From contig JABHMO010000006.1 in NCBI GenBank assembly GCA_018693855.1, forward strand, positions 1 to 53,003: DNA of 53,003 nucleotides, written 5' to 3'. Position numbers and translations under genes: made by a program. Each line of letters starts with the position of its first letter. Positions within the stretch are counted from its first letter, which is position 1. The stretch comes from Candidatus Falkowbacteria bacterium. GTDB lineage: Bacteria > Patescibacteriota > Patescibacteriia > UBA11705 > JABHMO01. Shown in pieces: positions 1-7,115 of this stretch. The notes under the pieces are model-generated. The model made no database searches. It was not told the origin of the DNA and saw only the letters and a program-made list of their open reading frames with translations.

Positions 1-1686
1 AATGCCAACCTAGCAGACGCTGAATACATTCTTGAAATCGGAGAGAAAACAACTAACATAGCAAATCAGTTCACTTCCCTACTTGATAATTTTTCTCAGA
101 ATGAAAATAGTGACCTAACTGATAAACTTGTACTATTCCAAGATCAGTTAAACGAATTAATTCCTGAATTAACAAACATTAATCAAACAATAAATAAAAT
201 TCGAGTTGAAGCAATCCCAACAGAGTTTCAAGATAAATTCGGTACAATCAAAAGTTACCTAGCAACTCTGACAAATGATATTCAAGAATTAAACAGTCTG
301 TCCACAACTTTACTCGACGTCCTTGGACACGATCTTGATAGAACTTATTTATTTGTTTTTCAAAACAGTAATGAACTAAGACCAAGCGGAGGATTCATGG
401 GTAGTTTTGCTGTTGTTGATTTCTCAAAAGGAACAATCAAGAATTTAGATATTCCTGGCGGCGGAATTTACGCAATGCAAGGTTCACTTAGCGTTAAGAC
501 AAAACCACCGTTGCCAATTCAAGAACTAAAAGATGTTTGGGAAATGCAAGACGCGAACTGGTTCCCTGATTTCAAGACGACAGCTGAGAAAGTTAAATGG
601 TTCTATGAAAAGTCAGGAGGAGAAACTGTTGATGGTGTAATTGCAATTAATTCAACAATCATTCCAAAACTACTTGAACTAACAGGTCCAATTGAGATGC
701 CAGAGTACAACACTACTATTACATCAACAAATTTCATTCACAAAACACAAGAACAAGTAGAACTTCTGTACGATAAAGAAGAAAATCAACCAAAACAGAT
801 CCTGTCTGATCTTGCACCAATCTTATTAGAAAAATTATTCAATACCGATACAAAGAACGTGCTAAACGTTGCAAAGATTTTTGTTTCAAGTCTAAACGAG
901 AAAGAAATTCAACTATATTTCAGAAATGAAGCTGTTCAAGAAAAGTTTTCAAACTACGATTGGACAGGAGAGATAAAAAATAGTTCTAGAGACTATCTAA
1001 TGATCGCCAATGCAAACATTAGAGGAGGAAAAACTGACGACTTCATTGATCAAGTTGTAAACCTAGATAGTCAAATACAAGAGAATGGAGAGATAATCAA
1101 CACAGTCACAGTAACAAGAAAACATACTGCCACACAGAATGATCTTTTTGGTAATCAAGAAAACATTGATTACATGAGAATCTACACACCACAAGGAAGT
1201 CAGTTCATCTCAGCTGAAGGATTTTCAGACGCTCCTGCAAATGTTTACACAAGAGAAAACGAAGCGTTGCCAAATGATACATTTTTAGAGAATGTACAAG
1301 GTGAAACTTACGTTGAACCAGCTAGCCAAACAATTATTAACAATGAGTTTGATAAAACAGTTTTTGGTAACTGGATAAAAGTAAAACCTGGTCTAACAAA
1401 AACAATCACTCTAAAATACAAACTACCTTTCAAATATAATTTTGATAATCAAGATAAAAACATTATTATTTCAAAATTAACAAGCAATCAAGAATCTGTT
1501 TTCCACTCAATCTTCATCCAAAAACAGTCTGGACAACAAAACAGTTCTTACAATATAAACCTGCAAGGTCCAAACAATAAAAACCTAGAAATTCTATACA
1601 ACAACGAAGCAATCCAAGACAATAATCAAATCTATCTTAACTCTGATAATAAAACAGACGAACTTCTAGCCGTTTCTATAAAATAA
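1..1686 (+). CDS. DUF4012-like envelope protein, 5' end outside window
   Basis: Frame 1 is open from base 1, so track ORF 397..1686 is only the first internal Met. The motif YLFVFQNSNELRPSGGFMGSF resembles the DUF4012 signature as I recall it. Confidence 0.7.
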   Translation, partial: NANLADAEYILEIGEKTTNIANQFTSLLDNFSQNENSDLTDKLVLFQDQLNELIPELTNINQTINKIRVEAIPTEFQDKFGTIKSYLATLTNDIQELNSLSTTLLDVLGHDLDRTYLFVFQNSNELRPSGGFMGSFAVVDFSKGTIKNLDIPGGGIYAMQGSLSVKTKPPLPIQELKDVWEMQDANWFPDFKTTAEKVKWFYEKSGGETVDGVIAINSTIIPKLLELTGPIEMPEYNTTITSTNFIHKTQEQVELLYDKEENQPKQILSDLAPILLEKLFNTDTKNVLNVAKIFVSSLNEKEIQLYFRNEAVQEKFSNYDWTGEIKNSSRDYLMIANANIRGGKTDDFIDQVVNLDSQIQENGEIINTVTVTRKHTATQNDLFGNQENIDYMRIYTPQGSQFISAEGFSDAPANVYTRENEALPNDTFLENVQGETYVEPASQTIINNEFDKTVFGNWIKVKPGLTKTITLKYKLPFKYNFDNQDKNIIISKLTSNQESVFHSIFIQKQSGQQNSSYNINLQGPNNKNLEILYNNEAIQDNNQIYLNSDNKTDELLAVSIK

Positions 1687-1760
1687 GTTGTGCTTCGATT
1701 TACCCCGCCCCAGCGGGGTTTACTCCGATTCACTTCGATTTACATCGATTCACTTCACCT

Positions 1761-3668
1761 ATGCCTGAAAAATTTTTCAAGAAAAAAGAGATACATTACG
1801 AAGAACAAGACGCAGTTGAGGAACTAATGGAACTATACGAAGAAGAAAAGGATATTCTAGATGAGGATGAAGCGACCCTTAAAGAAATCATTCAGAAACA
1901 ACGAAAAAAACATACTAAAAAAGTCTTAGTTATTTTTTTAGTGATACTTTTCCTACTGGCAAGCGCTGCGCTAGCTGGTTTTTTAGTATTCAGTCAGTTC
2001 CAGAACAGTAATTCAGAGAATGTTTCAATTGAAATAGAAGCTCCCGAAGAGATCACGATTGGAGAAACGTTTGATTACCTTATTAAATACGAAAACACTG
2101 GGAATGTAGGGTTAGAAAACACAATTATCAAAGTACAGTACCCTCATGGGTTTATCGTTGAAGAAACAGAACCGGTCACAGGAAACCATAGCTTTGCGAT
2201 TGATAATCTACGACAGTTCCAGAAAGGGAAAATAAGAATAACTGGTAAAATAATTGATTCTCTTGAAAACGAGCAGAAACTAACAGTTAAAATGGATTAT
2301 CAACCAGAGAATTTTAACTCAACCTTTTCTGAAGAGTCATCTTATTCAACAATCACAAAAAAACCAGAACTTGACTTGAATATAAATCATTTAGCAAATG
2401 CTAGTCTTGGTCAAAAGATAGATTTTGAATTAAAACTTGAGAACAAAGGTACAGTTGACTTTACTGATACGAAACTAAACTTCACAACTCCTGATGGATT
2501 TAATATTACAACAACTCAACCTGAACCGTTCGAAGAATCCACTTGGTTGTTAACTGAAATTAACAGTGAAAAGCTGACACACGAGATTACAATCAATGGA
2601 AATTTTAATACTGATCTTGAATTTACAAATGACGAGGATCGAGTTCAGAAATTCAACGTAAAACTACTTCTACTTGGTAATGAAGAAGAGTACTTCCCTA
2701 TTATTGATGAAGACTTTGAAATAAAGATCGTTGATCAAGCAATTGCATCTTACATTATCATTAACGGTTCAGCAGATAACAAAAACGTTCAACTTGGCGA
2801 AACGCTAACCATTTCATCAGTTGTCAAAAACAATGGAGATCAAACGTACGAAAATGTTTCAATAAAAACAGTCATCGAGACACAGCCGGCAGATATATTT
2901 GATTGGGAGAGGATATCAGATGATAATCTAGGAAAAATCAGCAATTCTGATCAAGGCAAAGTAATCACTTGGACAAAATCAGAGATAGATAATTTATCAA
3001 AATTTTCAGCCAAAGAAGAGCAGACTATCACATTCCGTTTACCAATTAAAAACTTACAACAACTAGGTTCTGATGAAAACGCTATTGCATCTACGAATAT
3101 CACAGCCTATACTGAACTTTCATTTGATGAACAAAAGAATCCAGGAATATCAGCGATAAAAAGTAGTCCTATTGAGATAGAAATAAACTCTGATTTAAAT
3201 ATAGGAATCAAAGCTCTGTATTATTACGAAGACGGTACACCAATTGGAGAAGGACCGTTACCAATGAAAGCTGATCAAGAAACAAAGATTGTGATCTTCT
3301 GGGATTTATCAAATCATTTACATGAACTTGAAAATATATCTACAACAACGATGCTACCCGAATATGTTCAGTTTGCAGACAATGAGAATGTCAGTACAGG
3401 AGATATAACGTATGATATTTCTGAACGAAAAATAAAATGGCAAATAAATAGACTACCTAAAGACGTTAACGAAGCTCATGCGAGTTTTGCGATTAAAGTA
3501 AAACCAACTCAAAATCATGTTGGGCAGATTATTAAGCTAACCGGAATTACAACAATCAGCGCCAAAGATAAACAGACTGAGGATTTGGTAATCAAAACAA
3601 AAAATATTTTAACGTCAGCGCTTGAGCAGGATGATAATGCGGCTGGAGATGGGTTGATTACGAAATAA
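1761..3668 (+). CDS. Membrane-anchored surface protein with DUF11/CARDB-like repeats
   Basis: 635-aa ORF with an N-terminal TM helix (VLVIFLVILFLLASAALAGFLVF). It contains repeated beta-rich modules of the form G-x-Y-x-I-x-x-x-N-x-G. Confidence 0.7.
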   Translation: MPEKFFKKKEIHYEEQDAVEELMELYEEEKDILDEDEATLKEIIQKQRKKHTKKVLVIFLVILFLLASAALAGFLVFSQFQNSNSENVSIEIEAPEEITIGETFDYLIKYENTGNVGLENTIIKVQYPHGFIVEETEPVTGNHSFAIDNLRQFQKGKIRITGKIIDSLENEQKLTVKMDYQPENFNSTFSEESSYSTITKKPELDLNINHLANASLGQKIDFELKLENKGTVDFTDTKLNFTTPDGFNITTTQPEPFEESTWLLTEINSEKLTHEITINGNFNTDLEFTNDEDRVQKFNVKLLLLGNEEEYFPIIDEDFEIKIVDQAIASYIIINGSADNKNVQLGETLTISSVVKNNGDQTYENVSIKTVIETQPADIFDWERISDDNLGKISNSDQGKVITWTKSEIDNLSKFSAKEEQTITFRLPIKNLQQLGSDENAIASTNITAYTELSFDEQKNPGISAIKSSPIEIEINSDLNIGIKALYYYEDGTPIGEGPLPMKADQETKIVIFWDLSNHLHELENISTTTMLPEYVQFADNENVSTGDITYDISERKIKWQINRLPKDVNEAHASFAIKVKPTQNHVGQIIKLTGITTISAKDKQTEDLVIKTKNILTSALEQDDNAAGDGLITK

Positions 3669-3731
3669 AAAGTGTAAAGTTGAAAGTAAAAAGTAAAAAG
3701 AATAAAACACAACATAAAGAGAATCAAAAAA

Positions 3732-3748
3732 AGCAAAACTAGTTTGCT
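3732..3748. terminator. Bidirectional hairpin AGCAAA/TTTGCT flanked by A- and T-runs
   Basis: Read directly from the sequence. Confidence 0.6.
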
Positions 3749-3803
3749 TTTTTTGATTTTTGGGCGTTGCAAGTGAACAACGCCCATCTGGTCTTTTTGA
3801 TTG

Positions 3804-4001
3804 TCATGACCAGTCTCCTTTTCTCCGTCCCTTACGACGGTACTTTTTCGTTTTATCTGGAACAACGCGAACGCGAGTATTTGCGTCCTTTGTCATCTCA
3901 GACAAAAGCTCACGATGCGTCATTGCAAGACGCTTAGCTGCCTGCTCAGGAGTTTCTTTCCCCTTGTGCAGACTCTTACGGTTCTTGGCTCTTCTAGCCA
4001 T
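3804..4001 (-). CDS. Small highly basic orphan protein (65 aa)
   Basis: I place the start at the internal ATG preceded by GGAAAGGTGAT. It has its own TTGACA-N17-TAATAT promoter (4082..4110) and downstream hairpins, and is G+C-richer than its flanks. Confidence 0.6.
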   Translation of the reverse strand: MARRAKNRKSLHKGKETPEQAAKRLAMTHRELLSEMTKDANTRVRVVPDKTKKYRRKGRRKGDWS

Positions 4002-4081
4002 TATCACCTTTCCTTTCTTTGTGAACAATCAGCTGGACAAGCATGTCAGCTGATGAAAACTGTTAACAGACACGACTCTAT

Positions 4082-4110
4082 ATATTAGCAAATTTAATAA
4101 ATTTTGTCAA
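4082..4110 (-). promoter_or_regulatory. TTGACA-N17-TAATAT promoter (small basic orphan)
   Basis: Read directly from the sequence. Confidence 0.6.
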
Positions 4111-4188
4111 TAACAAATAAACACGCTTGCATTTTTTGGCTAATTTTAAGCATTTCTAAGCGTTAATGCGTATCAACAAAACAGGAAG

Positions 4189-4268
4189 AGTTAGTTAAAA
4201 GAGTTAAAAAAGTTGAAAAAGTTAAAATAGTTGGAAGTTAATAATCTAGTTGAAAGTTAATGATTTTG
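4189..4268. repeat. GTTAAAA-word array, left flank of the four-helix-bundle gene
   Basis: About nine degenerate 8-9-nt words. It is the inverse of 4668..4712, sharing AAAAAGTTAAAATAG. Confidence 0.75.
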
Positions 4269-4273
4269 AAATA

Positions 4274-4666
4274 TTATAAATTGTTTTTTTCATTGTATTC
4301 TTTTTCTGAGGATTGGACGTATTTTATGTAATTGTTTATGCCGGCAATTAGTATTCCATATCGTTTCATAACGTCCTCACAAAATTCATAGCCACATAGT
4401 TTTCGTCTTTTCATCTTTTCGATATGATTTATTGTTTCATACGCTTCCTTGCGAGCAATGCGAAGAGAGTTTTGTTTTACTTTGAAATAATATGCTCCAT
4501 ACATTTCGGCAATATTATCACAAACGGATTGAGACGATCTATCTATTTGATTCTTCAATGCCATATTAAAACTAAAATCATTGATTTTTTCATAAACCAA
4601 CTGCGCCAAATCTTGCGCCTCTTTCCATATCCACAATTTTTGCAACTCAGTAACCATATACAACAT
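4274..4666 (-). CDS. Four-helix-bundle protein (23S rRNA intervening-sequence protein / Avd-like family)
   Basis: Motifs LWIWKEAQDL..., IDRSSQSVCDNIAE and RIARKEAYET are typical of the TIGR02436-type family as I recall it. Confidence 0.7.
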   Translation of the reverse strand: MLYMVTELQKLWIWKEAQDLAQLVYEKINDFSFNMALKNQIDRSSQSVCDNIAEMYGAYYFKVKQNSLRIARKEAYETINHIEKMKRRKLCGYEFCEDVMKRYGILIAGINNYIKYVQSSEKEYNEKNNL

Positions 4667-4667
4667 T

Positions 4668-4712
4668 GATTAACATTTATTACCTATTTTAACTTTTTTA
4701 ACTATTTTAACT
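4668..4712. repeat. TTTTAAC-word array, right flank of the four-helix-bundle gene
   Basis: Reverse-complement words of the left array. Confidence 0.75.
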
Positions 4713-5465
4713 TTATTTCATTTCCTCCCCAACAGTCCACATCGTCTGAAAAAGAAGTCCCATTGTGTGTCCAAAAAGCTTATCTTCAATCATTAAAGCA
4801 TCCTTGTCTCGCGAAATGAAAACATAATCATCAAAGATTGTAATTTCGCACAAAAAACCAAATCGATCAGACGGCAAATATTTCATAGAGAACTTTTCAT
4901 CATCCAAAAGGTCTTTGACGCTATTATCAAGATCTTTGCGACATGATATGTACAAGAGAGAATAACTGTCAGATCGATCAATAAGCTGGCTGATGTGTTT
5001 TTTGTTTATATACTGTTTATACTTATCATAGTTGAATATGTTATAGACTTTGTTATTACGCAGTCTTTGAATATGAGATCTCAACTCTTTCAACCCTTTT
5101 TCATCATCATAATCAAAATATTTAACTGTAGGTTTGTTTTTTTCAATACTGTAAATTGATTCAAGTTGAGGAACAAGATCTTTTATCATTTTTTGTTTTC
5201 GTTTGAACTCTTTTTCTTGTTCTAGAAGAATTGACTCCAACTTATCCGGTCGTTCTGCGATATAGAATGCTTTACCAAACTTTTCAGCACTATTAATAAG
5301 TCCGCGTGCAACTAAATTTTTAATATGCGTATACGTTGTCGTTCGAACTATTCCCGCTTTGGAAGAAATCTCCGCAATACTTGCGTGACCAAGTTGAAGT
5401 GTTGTTAGATAGACATCAGCTTCTTTTGAATTAAGACCAATGCTCATTAATTCGTTTGTAAGCAT
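4713..5465 (-). CDS. TrmB-family HTH transcriptional regulator
   Basis: N-terminal wHTH: LGLNSKEADVYLTTLQLGHASIAEISSKAGIVRTTTYTHIKNLVARGL. Confidence 0.75.
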   Translation of the reverse strand: MLTNELMSIGLNSKEADVYLTTLQLGHASIAEISSKAGIVRTTTYTHIKNLVARGLINSAEKFGKAFYIAERPDKLESILLEQEKEFKRKQKMIKDLVPQLESIYSIEKNKPTVKYFDYDDEKGLKELRSHIQRLRNNKVYNIFNYDKYKQYINKKHISQLIDRSDSYSLLYISCRKDLDNSVKDLLDDEKFSMKYLPSDRFGFLCEITIFDDYVFISRDKDALMIEDKLFGHTMGLLFQTMWTVGEEMK

Positions 5466-5705
5466 ACAATTTGTTTAGTAAATATAGGAGACAAAGATAA
5501 TAGTTGTGTATCACTTCATCTATATATACCAAAGTTATTAGTTCCTTTCTATTTATACTATTATATCAATCTGACACGATTTTACATGCCTGTAAATATA
5601 GCGTGACAACAATTTATTTGTAATTTAATAACATTATTTTCAATATAATAAATCTTTCTGACAAAAAAGAAGTCTACTTGTCCACAAAGAAACTTAAAAT
5701 AAAAG

Positions 5706-5714
5706 TGCTATAAT
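5706..5714 (+). promoter_or_regulatory. Extended -10 TGCTATAAT
   Basis: Read directly from the sequence. No good -35 is present. Confidence 0.45.
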
Positions 5715-5802
5715 AAAATTAACAAAAGTTCTTTCGAAAACATATTGTATTGGTTTCGAGACGGTCTCACTGTGAGACTATGTGCGAGGAAAGGAGGTCA
5801 TC

Positions 5803-6156
5803 ATGACCAAAGCGCACACTCTGCTAATGCAATATCTGCTTGCATATTTCATCATGCATCAGCAACACAATGAGAAACTCGTTGACGAGCAGGGGATGCT
5901 CGACAACTTTTCAGGCGAAGCCATAACGATCATTCTGATCGCTCGCCTGTTACAGAGAGAGTCTGTCTGCGGTCCGCAAGGACTTAAAGTCTTGCCAGAC
6001 AATCGGGGGGAACCCCAGACTGACTTTTTCTGCGGTCCTTCGGGACTTAGAAACGCAAGGAGTGACAGTTGCTATGATCTTACCAAGTTCTTCTGTAGTT
6101 CATACGAACCCGCTCTCATTAAATCAGAAGAGAAGATCGACTGCACTCTGCGTTGA
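5803..6156 (+). CDS. Orphan Cys-containing protein (117 aa), or an ORF embedded in a structured RNA
   Basis: AAAGGAGGT lies 5 nt before the ATG and an extended -10 TGCTATAAT is at 5706..5714. However, the ORF contains several tetraloop hairpins (see findings). Confidence 0.4.
   Translation: MTKAHTLLMQYLLAYFIMHQQHNEKLVDEQGMLDNFSGEAITIILIARLLQRESVCGPQGLKVLPDNRGEPQTDFFCGPSGLRNARSDSCYDLTKFFCSSYEPALIKSEEKIDCTLR
5966..6049 (+). repeat. Two 21-nt direct repeats, TCTGCGGTCC-loop-GGACTTA, differing only in the tetraloop (GCAA versus TTCG)
   Basis: Copies at 5966..5986 and 6029..6049 are identical at 17 of 21 positions. All 4 differences fall in the hairpin loop. Confidence 0.85.
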
Positions 6157-6271
6157 TAATTGCTCCAAAGAATAAAGTCTAATGTGCTTATAACCTCACT
6201 GAGCACTGTCGGATATAATTCTTTACAGGCTTTCCCCTATTATGCCTGAAAGCAGATATTGAAAAACAAAA

Positions 6272-6298
6272 AAGGCGTCTTGCTTAGCAAGGCGCCTT
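6272..6298. terminator. Bidirectional intrinsic terminator
   Basis: An 11-bp GC-rich stem with A/T runs on both sides. Confidence 0.7.
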
Positions 6299-6330
6299 CA
6301 TCTTTTTAGATTTATTGTGCAAAAAAAAAG

Positions 6331-7077
6331 TTACCGACCAAATCCATACATATTATCTTTCCTTATTGATTTCAATAAATCTTTTCCTTGGCTAACTGGT
6401 CTTATTTGCAACTGTTTTGAAACCCACTTTGGTAAAACAGGATAACGAGTAGTAAATTCAGCACCAGTATTATCTTTATAAGAAGGCAGAAAGCAAGCAT
6501 TGTCATCATCCCATTCAAGAAACAGCTGAATATCACGTTCCTCAAGCAAAGGTTCGATTTCTTCTACAAATTTCCCCGAACAAAAGGCCTTAAGAAGAGC
6601 TTCTGTTGGAGTTTCTGGCGAAATCAAGATTTCTTTTAATTTGTCTTTTACTTTTTGATCTAATCTACGACTCTCAAGCAAATCAGTAACAGAAGAACCA
6701 TCCATACTACTCCTCTGACTCTTCATTAAATCCAATAACTGATCTATTACATCTTGAGATTCTGTCCTATTAATAATAGTCTCTAAATCACTAAAGTTCA
6801 GTTCAGATTCATATTCATCTAATAGTTTTGATGTTGCTTTTTCTTTAAATCCTGACGAATACACCAACAAAGTCAATAACTGGTCTTTGTCACTTGCATT
6901 ATTTAACACAAATTCACCAATTTTCAATATTACCGCATGTGTCTCTTTGTCATCATTATCAATAGAATAAAATTCAGCTTTAAGATATTTTTTCATAGCC
7001 TCAGCATCACTAGACTCAAGCGTCGTTTTTGCTAATTGAAGAGCTTTTAATTGTTTATCTTCTGGTCTGTCAAACAT
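6331..7077 (-). CDS. Hypothetical acidic protein (248 aa)
   Basis: Long ORF with host-like AT-rich composition. A terminator hairpin at 6272..6298 lies just downstream. Confidence 0.65.
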   Translation of the reverse strand: MFDRPEDKQLKALQLAKTTLESSDAEAMKKYLKAEFYSIDNDDKETHAVILKIGEFVLNNASDKDQLLTLLVYSSGFKEKATSKLLDEYESELNFSDLETIINRTESQDVIDQLLDLMKSQRSSMDGSSVTDLLESRRLDQKVKDKLKEILISPETPTEALLKAFCSGKFVEEIEPLLEERDIQLFLEWDDDNACFLPSYKDNTGAEFTTRYPVLPKWVSKQLQIRPVSQGKDLLKSIRKDNMYGFGR

Positions 7078-7115
7078 ATAATTTTTTATTTTAGTATTTA
7101 ATATATAGAAAATCT

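Noticed and set aside
4274-4666. Diversity-generating retroelement, because the four-helix-bundle protein resembles Avd.
   Set aside because: No reverse transcriptase ORF and no template/variable repeat pair are present in the window.
5748-5765. tmRNA 5' end, because GGTTTCGAGACGG resembles the GGUUUCGAC element.
   Set aside because: There is no GGGG acceptor start, no T-arm-like GGUUCGAAUCC and no CCA-proximal 3' end anywhere downstream.
5755-5780. Adjacent GAGACG and GGTCTC sites (type IIS recognition sequences), which looked like a possible cloning scar.
   Set aside because: It is a single occurrence that forms an ordinary hairpin (GGTCTCAC/GTGAGAC). No other vector-like features are present, and the flanks are native-looking.
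5740-6130. RNase P RNA: GAGGAAAG at about 5786, ACAGAGAG at about 5952, ACGAACCCGC at about 6103 and several GNRA/UUCG hairpins superficially resemble the CR-I and CR-V regions.
   Set aside because: The sequence after GAGGAAAG is GAGGUC, not GUCC. I could not form a P4 helix between the 5' element and the 3' ACGAACCCGCUC segment. The GAGGAAAGGAGG also reads equally well as an SD for ATG 5803.
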